Origin: a virus
Taxonomy: Duplodnaviria; Caudoviricetes
DNA length: 30,999 bases
IMG/VR virus record: IMGVR_UViG_3300042433_000009
Coordinates: 1-30,999 of that record
Reading direction: 5' to 3' (one strand)
In this document: piece after piece, positions 1 through 7,634 of the stretch
Numbering within the stretch: the first letter of the stretch is position 1
How the letters are laid out: every line of letters starts with the position of its first letter
The notes under the pieces: generated by a model
What the model saw: only the letters and a program-made list of their open reading frames with translations
The model's database searches: none
What the model was told of the DNA's origin: nothing
Made by a program: the position numbers and the translations under genes

Positions 1-964
1 TAGCATCTGTAGTGACCTTTGTATAAGTTCCTGCTACACCTATTGATGCTAATGTAGCTGTACCTAGAACATTCGCAGAGCCATCAAATGGAGGGGATGT
101 ATATAGTACATCACCATTAGTGGATATAGTTCTCGCAGTTGCTAATGTAGCAGTAGAGCCTGCAGTTCCTGTAGTATTTTGATTGAGTATAGGGAAATCA
201 GCAGCTACAGCTATACTAGGTACACCTGTGCCTGTTGTGTTCTTTAATATCCCTGTAGTAAGATTAGATAGTAGAGTACCATTGATACCCTTAACAGTTA
301 AGGCTACATTCCCTGTAGCATCTCCTGTATGAGTTGCATTACTTACTAAGCCACTATATTGACTATTCGTAGCATTGTCACCTGTATTAGTGCCTGATAG
401 ATTCGCTACAGCTCCATTAGCTAGCATTGCATTAGAGATAGCTCCATTAGCAATAGCTGTTGCATTGCCTGCACTTGTGACAGGACCTGTAAGATTAGCA
501 TTAGTTGTAACTGTTGCAGCATTGCCTGTAGTACTTTGATTCAAAGTAGGTACATCAGATGCTACCATAGCTCTGAATGTTGGTACTCCTGCCGTTCCAT
601 TAGGTGCAGCTAGAATATGATTAGCAGTCTTTGAGGCATAAGGATTCTGAGTATCTCCATAACCTGAAGCAAGGCTGATATCAGGAGCACTAGTTCCTGT
701 AGCTACTACAGGTGCTGTTGCTGTAAGTGATGCTACACCTGGAGTCACTACTAAGTTACCACTGCCTAGAACAGAGCTACCATTAATGGTCTTGATGTTA
801 GTGCCACTAACTAAGGTGTCCTGCTTTGAAGCTAAGATGTTAGCACCTGTTACTGACTTTGTAATATAGCCACCTGCACCGTTACTCTCACTAATTTCTA
901 CTAAGTCAGTAGCTGCTATAGGTGTACCTTTTGCGGGTAACTGACTAATCTTTTTATCTGCCAT
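1..964 (-). CDS. Tail fibre, N-terminal part (truncated by window edge; allele of 28458-30146)
   Basis: Reads MADKKISQLPAKGTPIAATD..., colinear with the 562-aa ORF. Confidence 0.9.
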   Translation of the reverse strand, partial: MADKKISQLPAKGTPIAATDLVEISESNGAGGYITKSVTGANILASKQDTLVSGTNIKTINGSSVLGSGNLVVTPGVASLTATAPVVATGTSAPDISLASGYGDTQNPYASKTANHILAAPNGTAGVPTFRAMVASDVPTLNQSTTGNAATVTTNANLTGPVTSAGNATAIANGAISNAMLANGAVANLSGTNTGDNATNSQYSGLVSNATHTGDATGNVALTVKGINGTLLSNLTTGILKNTTGTGVPSIAVAADFPILNQNTTGTAGSTATLATARTISTNGDVLYTSPPFDGSANVLGTATLASIGVAGTYTKVTTDA

Positions 965-967
965 AAT

Positions 968-1318
968 TTATTGTATTACTCTGTTGTCGTTATCTTCTGT
1001 TATTCTTTGGTCACTAATCTCAGTTACTCTGTTGTCAGTTGCTGGAGGACCTCCCCCTGCAACCAATAGCCATGCCTCTATCCAATTAGCATTGATTGTG
1101 ACTGTACCTCCTAACTCTAAAACTATATTCATAAGGTGATCATCTGATGTCTCAGGATCTCCACCTACTACAGATAGTATATCTCCTATTAAGTTTTTAG
1201 AGTTAGATACATCTATACCATAATGATTAGCTATAGCAAATATGTAAGATTCATTCAATGGAGGATAAGTCCCTACTGAATATGCTGTAGCAATGTCTCT
1301 AAGTATATCATTACTCAT
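968..1318 (-). CDS. Hypothetical virion-associated protein (116 aa)
   Basis: Follows a late-promoter motif and precedes the tail fibre; intact in both copies. Confidence 0.75.
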   Translation of the reverse strand: MSNDILRDIATAYSVGTYPPLNESYIFAIANHYGIDVSNSKNLIGDILSVVGGDPETSDDHLMNIVLELGGTVTINANWIEAWLLVAGGGPPATDNRVTEISDQRITEDNDNRVIQ

Positions 1319-1350
1319 AACTATATTATATTAAGATAGGTTTTTGTTTA
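1319..1350 (-). promoter_or_regulatory. Putative phage late promoter TAAACA-N14-TATAATATAGTT abutting ATG
   Basis: Same motif before four different structural genes. Confidence 0.75.
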
Positions 1351-2499
1351 GAACGCATAGTAAGAGTCATCAGTGTAATACTCCTGTCTGATGTAAGTGG
1401 TGGCATATCGGATAGCATCCATAGCATCATCATACAGCTTCACAGGTTCATCCATGATCTGATCACCTATCTTCTTCCACTTATAGTTCTCATACTCTTT
1501 CATTATCTGCTTATCCTCCTGACAAAATACTCCAAAGGTCTTTATGTTATCTATGCCTTTCTTAACTACCTTGTTAGCATTATGCACATCATAACCTGCA
1601 GTATTCATCTCGGCTATTATCTCAGGTCTTGAGTAATCTGCCATGATTTCTATGTTCTTATCCACATTCAATGCATCCATCTTCTCTATCAGCTGAGTAG
1701 TGGTAAGGTAGCTCTCATAGATAATCTTCTCAATGAAGATATCATTGTCACAGTAGTAGACTCTGACTAGAGCTGTGGGGTGGTTGTATCCAAAGTCTAA
1801 GCCATAGACATACTTTACGAACTTAGTTGGTCTGTGAGCTATGAATGTCCAATTAGAATAGATGTTACTCTTAGAGATAGCTTTCTCCCCTAGAGCATAT
1901 ATCTGATACATTGCCTCATCAGTTCTCTTCAAGTCCTCTATCTGCTTCTTAATGCTATCAGGTAGGAATGGATTGTCCCTATAGGTTGACTTGATTAAGA
2001 TGCTCTCCTCAGTTGGTAGGTCATACAGCCAGGAGGATGACTCAGAGGGATTGTAGTCAAAGATTAGCTTATCCTCAGTTCTCATGTTCAGCTGAGTAAA
2101 GTCATCATAGAATAACTCATTAGCCTCATTACACCATGCCACATCTCTCTTCCTACCCCTAATCTTCTGCTCATCATCTACACTAAAGAACTCCACTATA
2201 GATCCATTAGGGAATGAGTAGATATGCTCTGACTTGTTATGATTACTTATCTCATAAATGTCCATGCTCTTCATGATCTCTAGAAAGTCTCTCATGACTG
2301 TAGCTCTCAGTGCAGGGAATGTCTTACGAATGATAGACACTACCTTATTCTTATTCTGATAGCAGTATACTATTAGCATCTGACAAAGGCTGTAGGTCTT
2401 AGATGACCTTGAGCCACCCTCATTGATAATGAATCTTAGTGCAGGATCAGTGAGAGCTGCATAGTTCTTTTGGAATATAACGGTACTATCTATCTCCAT
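1348..2499 (-). CDS. terL: Terminase large subunit, PBSX/Terminase_3 type (start probably M at 2499)
   Basis: Walker A EGGSRSSKT, Walker B-like AWCNEANE, coupling motif DYNP, nuclease GLDFG and DDAMDAIRY. Confidence 0.95.
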   Translation of the reverse strand: MEIDSTVIFQKNYAALTDPALRFIINEGGSRSSKTYSLCQMLIVYCYQNKNKVVSIIRKTFPALRATVMRDFLEIMKSMDIYEISNHNKSEHIYSFPNGSIVEFFSVDDEQKIRGRKRDVAWCNEANELFYDDFTQLNMRTEDKLIFDYNPSESSSWLYDLPTEESILIKSTYRDNPFLPDSIKKQIEDLKRTDEAMYQIYALGEKAISKSNIYSNWTFIAHRPTKFVKYVYGLDFGYNHPTALVRVYYCDNDIFIEKIIYESYLTTTQLIEKMDALNVDKNIEIMADYSRPEIIAEMNTAGYDVHNANKVVKKGIDNIKTFGVFCQEDKQIMKEYENYKWKKIGDQIMDEPVKLYDDAMDAIRYATTYIRQEYYTDDSYYAF

Positions 2500-2626
2500 T
2501 GGCATAAGCATAAGCATAGGCTAGCATCTCCATCTGCCTACTATTACTGATAATGGCTATCCTGTTTATCTTTATAGCTACCCCTTTCTTAGAATAGATG
2601 TAAGCCTCAACAGCTTGACACATCAT
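2486..2626 (-). CDS. Small hypothetical protein (46 aa, MMCQAVEAYIYSKKG...), not in ORF track
   Basis: Read manually; fills the terS-terL gap and starts 1 nt after the terS stop. Confidence 0.55.
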   Translation of the reverse strand: MMCQAVEAYIYSKKGVAIKINRIAIISNSRQMEMLAYAYAYANGDR

Positions 2627-2627
2627 C

Positions 2628-3053
2628 TCAATCCTTTGCACTAGTGATGATGTTCACCTTAATCTCAGAGATGTCCTTACCATTGGTAGTGATGTCCGAT
2701 TTCTCAGTTAGATTGTTTAGTCTCTGAGTGATGGATGGATTGTATTGACCAACCATGCCACCCTGTATCTGATCGTTTCTGATTTCTCTCTTTATATGTG
2801 AACAGACTGTCCCATAGTCAGAATATCTACCATCAGTATTATCTAAATAATGGTGAACATCTGAGTAGTTATTATAGCAGAATACTTGAAAGCCATCTAA
2901 TGTCAAAGGTACTCTTAAAGGCTCTGCCACCATCTCTGCAGTCTTTTGTGATAGCACCCATTTATATCTAGGATTAGCTAGAGTATAAGCTCTATACTCC
3001 TCAAATATCTCCATTAGCTTCTCAGGAGTCTCTATTAATTTTGTTCTACCCAT
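2628..3053 (-). CDS. terS: Terminase small subunit (GP3_package-like)
   Basis: MGRTKLIETPEKL start, PLTLDGF and GQYNPSITQRL motifs; lies upstream of terL. Confidence 0.85.
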   Translation of the reverse strand: MGRTKLIETPEKLMEIFEEYRAYTLANPRYKWVLSQKTAEMVAEPLRVPLTLDGFQVFCYNNYSDVHHYLDNTDGRYSDYGTVCSHIKREIRNDQIQGGMVGQYNPSITQRLNNLTEKSDITTNGKDISEIKVNIITSAKD

Positions 3054-3186
3054 TTCCTTGTCTATTGTATTGCTTAGTATAATTCTTACTTGATTTCAGC
3101 TTAGAGGTCTTACTCTTAGCATGAACACCTGGTCTCTTTACCTTAGGCTTTCTGCAGAATGATATGCTACTCTGCTTCTGTGCCAT
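3046..3186 (-). CDS. Small, highly basic protein (46 aa, MAQKQSSISFCRKPKVKRPGVHAKSKTSKLKSSKNYTKQYNRQGNG)
   Basis: Read manually; overlaps both neighbours and has no acidic residues. Confidence 0.65.
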   Translation of the reverse strand: MAQKQSSISFCRKPKVKRPGVHAKSKTSKLKSSKNYTKQYNRQGNG

Positions 3187-3394
3187 TATCAGTATCTTCT
3201 ACTACAGGCTGAGGCTCAGGTATTGGTCCTTTGACTGCTTTATACTTAATTACTTTAGGCTCAGATACTGTTGGCTCTTCAAACATATAGCCTAGACCTA
3301 TAGACTCACAAAAAGTGTAATTCTCAGTTGAGACATTTACATTATTACCTTTGTGAGATACTTTTACTCCAATAAATTCATCTTTAATTTTCAT
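3167..3394 (-). CDS. Hypothetical protein (75 aa)
   Basis: ORF coupled to the sigma-like gene. Confidence 0.65.
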   Translation of the reverse strand: MKIKDEFIGVKVSHKGNNVNVSTENYTFCESIGLGYMFEEPTVSEPKVIKYKAVKGPIPEPQPVVEDTDNGTEAE

Positions 3395-3911
3395 CTCTTA
3401 GTTGTTTTAAATCGTTTTTAATCTCTTGTATCCAATAATGAGCAGATGTAACAGGAATCTTAAAGTATTCTGCCATTGCTCTAGCTGTACTGTATCCTTT
3501 GTCAAAGTAACATTGGAACACTATCAGCTTAATTCTATCTGTAATCCTCCCTCTATATGTCTCAATCACTGCCATGTTGTTCTGATACTGCATATCATCT
3601 CTAATCTTATCCCACAAATCCGTATCATCATCCATCACTATAGGCATAGTACTATCTGTAGCTGTCACTCTCTCTTGCCTATTAGTTAGTGATGTAGACC
3701 ATAGGATCTGCATCTTAATAGTATTGAGTAAATATGCTTTGACCTTACCTGGATCAGTTACCTCTATATCTATATTACATAAATAAATAAAACTGTTATT
3801 TATTACAGCATCAGCTGAAATAGTAGATTTCATTCTTACTAGAAAATAGTTAGTGTATTTCCTTATCTCTTTGTAGTGAGCTGATATGTATTGGTCAAGT
3901 ATAGGTCTCAT
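3384..3911 (-). CDS. Phage-encoded ECF-type RNA polymerase sigma factor-like protein
   Basis: Region-2-like HYKEIRKY...ADAVINNSFIYL...KAYLLNTIK and region-4 HTH GYSTARAMAEYFKIPVTSAHYWIQEIKNDLK; 175 aa. Confidence 0.75.
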   Translation of the reverse strand: MRPILDQYISAHYKEIRKYTNYFLVRMKSTISADAVINNSFIYLCNIDIEVTDPGKVKAYLLNTIKMQILWSTSLTNRQERVTATDSTMPIVMDDDTDLWDKIRDDMQYQNNMAVIETYRGRITDRIKLIVFQCYFDKGYSTARAMAEYFKIPVTSAHYWIQEIKNDLKQLRDEN

Positions 3912-4095
3912 ACCATTGCTTGAAATCCTTTAGCCATATCTTCCTCCTCACACTACCACAAAAGCATTCTTTCTCATAACTAACTAGCCTATCTTTTATA
4001 GCCTTAAGTTTTATTAGATTAATCTTATAGGATTGCTCTTTCTCAGGTAGACTGAACACCTGTTGTATTATTACTTGCTCAGCTTCTGTAAACAT
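3895..4095 (-). CDS. Hypothetical protein with CFCG motif (start probably MFTEAE)
   Basis: ORF track, re-started at an internal ATG overlapping the upstream stop region. Confidence 0.6.
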   Translation of the reverse strand: MFTEAEQVIIQQVFSLPEKEQSYKINLIKLKAIKDRLVSYEKECFCGSVRRKIWLKDFKQWYETYT

Positions 4096-4322
4096 TCCTG
4101 TAATATAAACGACAATAGAGCCACAATAGTTGCCTGAACAAAAGACCAGGTGCATAATAATGTTAGCCAAAAAGATACGCATTTAATACAGGTAGCAGAG
4201 GAATGCAGATACATTGCTAGAATGCTAGGTTTGAATTTGCTATAGATTGAGTCAATCAGTAGCTGTAATGGCTCAAAGTTTACTAGAAACCATGATATTG
4301 CAATGTAGGTTAGTATGTTCAT
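4071..4322 (-). CDS. Small membrane protein with CxxCxSFW motif (DUF1360-like)
   Basis: Hydrophobic helices, CIKCVSFW; start MNILTY. Confidence 0.6.
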   Translation of the reverse strand: MNILTYIAISWFLVNFEPLQLLIDSIYSKFKPSILAMYLHSSATCIKCVSFWLTLLCTWSFVQATIVALLSFILQECLQKLSK

Positions 4323-4325
4323 ACG

Positions 4326-4333
4326 CAAAAATA
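4326..4333 (-). promoter_or_regulatory. Possible Bacteroidota -7 box TATTTTTG, 3 nt before ATG
   Basis: Matches TAnnTTTG; no clear -33 element. Confidence 0.4.
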
Positions 4334-4338
4334 ACAAA

Positions 4339-4356
4339 GGCAGCCATAAGACTGCC
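4339..4356 (-). terminator. Putative intrinsic terminator after the recombination operon
   Basis: GGCAGT-CTTATG-GCTGCC hairpin followed by TTTGTTATTTTT. Confidence 0.55.
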
Positions 4357-4362
4357 ATAAAG

Positions 4363-4566
4363 TTATTGATTATTTAGATAATTTTTCCACCATTTGAGGT
4401 AGAACTGCTCATTCACAGCCTTACCATTAGTGAATCTCCAAATGGAGCAGTAAGAGACTCCGATATCCTCAGCGTAATGGCTGAGCTTGTATCTATTGGT
4501 GAGCTTAGACTTGGTCTCTTTAATCATAAAGTCCTTTAAGCTCTGCCCTTTAGAAAGGGAGATCAT
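4363..4566 (-). CDS. Small XRE/Cro-like HTH protein (start uncertain)
   Basis: LSHYAEDIGVSYCSIWRFTNG helix-turn-helix pattern. Confidence 0.65.
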   Translation of the reverse strand: MISLSKGQSLKDFMIKETKSKLTNRYKLSHYAEDIGVSYCSIWRFTNGKAVNEQFYLKWWKNYLNNQ

Positions 4567-4879
4567 CTTCAGCATTATCAGGTACATGAGCAGGAGCTAC
4601 TGCAGCTGCAGTTAATAGATCTATCTTCCATAACTCTAATGAGTTGAAATGCTTATCCTGCCATTCTCTACCTCTCAGATTGAATGATGCCTCTACCTCT
4701 TCACCTACTTTGTAGCCATCTAGTAGAGCTGTTTTGTCTCCTGTAGCTTGCAAGCTGATGTATTGAGGATATTTGCCATCCTCTACTGTTATTACTACTT
4801 CTCTCTTAGAGAACTTCTCAGTCACTTGTACTGTCTCGCCTATCACTTTGATAAGTCCTTTTACTTTGTAATCATTCAT
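4550..4879 (-). CDS. DUF3127 family OB-fold ssDNA-binding-like protein
   Basis: FSKREVV, YPQYI, FNLRGREW, FNSLELWKI and acidic DDLPF tail. Confidence 0.85.
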   Translation of the reverse strand: MNDYKVKGLIKVIGETVQVTEKFSKREVVITVEDGKYPQYISLQATGDKTALLDGYKVGEEVEASFNLRGREWQDKHFNSLELWKIDLLTAAAVAPAHVPDNAEDDLPF

Positions 4880-4968
4880 ATTATTGTTGTTATTAATTTA
4901 TATACTCCGATAAGTGCAAATCCATAGACTACTATAGTTAGGATAATTGCCATTGTTTTTTCTTTCAT
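4876..4968 (-). CDS. Micro membrane peptide (30 aa, MKEKTMAIILTIVVYGFALIGVYKLITTII)
   Basis: Read manually; ATGA overlaps on both sides. Confidence 0.55.
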   Translation of the reverse strand: MKEKTMAIILTIVVYGFALIGVYKLITTII

Positions 4969-5135
4969 ACTACTTTATCAGGGAATGGATTAGAAACACC
5001 ATACTCTAGTATAGTTAGCTCAGTAGCATATTCCACAGCTTTCTTAGCTGCATATTTAGCACTGATGCCAGGATTGTTATGTATTAGTGCTTGCATGGCT
5101 GCAATCAAAGCAGCCTCATAGAATTGAACTCTCAT
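4965..5135 (-). CDS. Small hypothetical protein (56 aa, MRVQFYEAALIAAMQALI...)
   Basis: Read manually; tightly packed between neighbours. Confidence 0.6.
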   Translation of the reverse strand: MRVQFYEAALIAAMQALIHNNPGISAKYAAKKAVEYATELTILEYGVSNPFPDKVV

Positions 5136-5136
5136 G

Positions 5137-5757
5137 TTATTTATTATTTAATTGATTAATATACTTAACATAGTACTCAGTGCAGTGATGCAGTCTTACT
5201 TTTATCTCCTCCTCAAGCTCCAGGTCTCTAGTAAAGAGTAGAGTAGTGATTCTCTTCTCAGGAGCTATATGATCTACCTGATGCAGTGATAAGTTCTCCC
5301 ATTCATTAAGTAGAGATGGGTGAGTAGAGACCATGCAATAGCATAGAGTAGCATAGTTCTTATTATATAACATCATGTAAGCTCTTAACTGCCACTCATA
5401 ATCTTTATTCACACCCTCCTCTGAGGTAGCAGGGAAAGTCTCTAAGGACCATGATGTCTTAATGTCTATGATTTGGTCATCTGCTACGATATCAGCCTCT
5501 CCTGTGAGCCATTCGTTATTCAGTCTCTCAGTATTCTTAGAGTAGTTGCTGAACATTACCGAGTTGAATAGAGCAATAGAATCATTCTCCTGCAGATTAC
5601 CTTTATTAATGTACTTATTATTGAGTTCTACATTGTAACCGTAGAAATCCTGCTTAGCTACTGCTCTGATGTAGCTCTTAGTAGTTTCAGATAGCACCTC
5701 AGACTTAGTCCGAGATGCTGTCATTAATTTTCCTAGTGAAGATGGATGCCATTTCAT
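5137..5757 (-). CDS. YqaJ/lambda-exonuclease-like PD-(D/E)XK nuclease
   Basis: SSLGKLM, GNLQE, TGEADI, IIDIKT and YEWQLRAYM motifs; near the ERF gene. Confidence 0.85.
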   Translation of the reverse strand: MKWHPSSLGKLMTASRTKSEVLSETTKSYIRAVAKQDFYGYNVELNNKYINKGNLQENDSIALFNSVMFSNYSKNTERLNNEWLTGEADIVADDQIIDIKTSWSLETFPATSEEGVNKDYEWQLRAYMMLYNKNYATLCYCMVSTHPSLLNEWENLSLHQVDHIAPEKRITTLLFTRDLELEEEIKVRLHHCTEYYVKYINQLNNK

Positions 5758-6566
5758 TAGTACTTGAAGCTAATTTTGTTTCTACTTCTCCAATTATAGA
5801 TATCTTCAATAACAGTTCTATACTGTTCTGAATTAGCACAATCTACTAATGCAGATGGTTGTAATCTTAGCTTATGCATAAACTCATTAAAATCAAATTT
5901 ATCATTTGAAAGCAAAGAAATAAAAGATCTAACAAAAGTAGTTCTATCATATCCATTATAATAAGTACCTACCATTCGTATTTTATTAGCCCAATCTTGA
6001 GCTAACTCAAAATCTTTACCAATCCAAGTACCTTCTTCAAAAATATTTTTAGGATTTATTAATTTGCTTTGTGATGCTAAATAAACATCTCCAGGCATTA
6101 CTACATTAGAACATAAAGCTAAACAATTTGAAAAACTAAAATCAGTATTTTTTAATGTAAATTCTTTAAGTTTTACATAAGATTGTACTCCCATGTTTGC
6201 ATATCCCTCCATGTAATCGCTTTTACTCCAATTCTTTTGATTAAGATTTAAAGTATGAACTTCAGAAAGTGTATAACCTTTTACAATTATATAATAAACA
6301 AATGATTGAGCTTCTTGAGCAGCCATTAATCTATGCTGTCCATCAATTACTTCCATTTTTTCATTTACTAAAATTGGATTGCATTTCATTCCGTATTTAT
6401 TAATACTATAAACTAATCGTTTAATGTGTTGTAAATTTGGAACTCTGTTACCATCAATCTGTTTAAAAATTGATAAGTTACTTGTTTTGTAAACTTTGTT
6501 TACTTCATTTGTGTTTTGCACTTGGTTACTATTATTCGCCATTGGTGCTGTAGTCATGTTAAACAT
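5757..6566 (-). CDS. ParB/Srx-fold (DGQHR motif) protein
   Basis: NPILVNEKMEVIDGQHRLMAA and an N-terminal GNR motif. Confidence 0.75.
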   Translation of the reverse strand: MFNMTTAPMANNSNQVQNTNEVNKVYKTSNLSIFKQIDGNRVPNLQHIKRLVYSINKYGMKCNPILVNEKMEVIDGQHRLMAAQEAQSFVYYIIVKGYTLSEVHTLNLNQKNWSKSDYMEGYANMGVQSYVKLKEFTLKNTDFSFSNCLALCSNVVMPGDVYLASQSKLINPKNIFEEGTWIGKDFELAQDWANKIRMVGTYYNGYDRTTFVRSFISLLSNDKFDFNEFMHKLRLQPSALVDCANSEQYRTVIEDIYNWRSRNKISFKY

Positions 6567-6592
6567 ATATTTATTTATTTATTGGTTACTAA

Positions 6593-7132
6593 TTATAAAA
6601 GCATAAGTGCTTTATTCTGTAAATCTGTAAGCTCAAAGGTCTCTCTTAGCTTAGGGATAGTAAACTTACCATCTTGAATAGATACTAATGCCTCCTCAAA
6701 TCTCTCCTTAGATAGTCCAGGCTTAGCTGCCTTAACAGGTACACTAGCTAGATTAGCATCATCATCTACTGACTGTAGGCATAAGATACTGCTCAGAGTA
6801 TATCTTCGGTAGTAAGTGACTGCAGATCCTACTTGCTGAGGATTAAGTCCTGCAGGTAGCTCCATACATGACTCTATTGATGCATTAGAATCTATGCAAA
6901 TAATCTGAGTACATACTGAATTGCCTTGAATAGGCTGTAATAATAGTAGACCATTCTCTAATAAGATAGGCTCTACTGCTTCAGTAATGGCATTAATGTC
7001 AGAGTATGACTTTTTAAAGTGTGGATTGGTAGCATTCTTAGCTACTTTGCCGATTGACTGCTTAGCCTTGTGTAGCTTTTGGTGCAGAGTTAGTACAGGT
7101 GCTGGTACTACAGCTTTTGTTTTGGTTTCCAT
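6593..7132 (-). CDS. ERF-family single-strand annealing protein
   Basis: KNATNPHFKKSY, QQVGSAVTYYRRYTL and DDDAN motifs. Confidence 0.9.
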   Translation of the reverse strand: METKTKAVVPAPVLTLHQKLHKAKQSIGKVAKNATNPHFKKSYSDINAITEAVEPILLENGLLLLQPIQGNSVCTQIICIDSNASIESCMELPAGLNPQQVGSAVTYYRRYTLSSILCLQSVDDDANLASVPVKAAKPGLSKERFEEALVSIQDGKFTIPKLRETFELTDLQNKALMLL

Positions 7133-7156
7133 GTGTATAAATTTAAATTATTTCAA

Positions 7157-7186
7157 CAAAGATAATCAATTAATTCATATCTGCAA
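7157..7186 (-). promoter_or_regulatory. Bacteroidota housekeeping promoter TTGCA-N17-TATCTTTG
   Basis: -33 TTG / -7 TAnnTTTG, same boxes and spacing as 12140-12169. Confidence 0.75.
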
Positions 7187-7634
7187 TAAAATTATTATAA
7201 AATATCATAAATTCATCAAAATTTCTTGCAATAAAGTATGTACCTCCTGCAGCTTCTATGCTTTGCTGATACCTCTTCTGCACTTCTGACTGCCTATCCT
7301 TACCATATTTCACCTCAATCTTAACAGATCTACCTCTAATGGTGGCAGATATATCAGCTGAGCCTTTAGTGGAGGTGCTAGGAGTCCATGTGCCTTTCAG
7401 CTGTCTACTATTCTCACCTACCTGTATCTTCTTACCCTCTCTATATACACCCATTGTATTAATCCTTTCAGCTTGATAGCCTGATAAATTTATAAAGGCA
7501 GTAATACATTGAGTCAGTGCATTAGCTGAGTCATCTTTCCAATTAGATAGAGGAATGTAGGCATTGTTAGGATATTTAGCTGATAGGCTAGCTAGTTCTA
7601 GGGCTTTGAGAATTGCTTTGTTTTCTTTGTTCAT
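7170..7634 (-). CDS. VRR-NUC family nuclease / Holliday junction resolvase
   Basis: GSADI...IEVKYGKDRQSEVQ...AGGTYFIARNFDEF. Confidence 0.85.
   Translation of the reverse strand: MNKENKAILKALELASLSAKYPNNAYIPLSNWKDDSANALTQCITAFINLSGYQAERINTMGVYREGKKIQVGENSRQLKGTWTPSTSTKGSADISATIRGRSVKIEVKYGKDRQSEVQKRYQQSIEAAGGTYFIARNFDEFMIFYNNFIADMN

Larger units (their letters stand above)
1..1817. repeat. Diverged direct terminal duplication, copy 1 (same locus as 29183-30999; offset 29,182)
   Basis: Colinear with the window end with no indels (964/30146, 968/30150 and 1348/30530 all differ by 29182); scattered substitutions, mostly at third codon positions. Confidence 0.97.
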
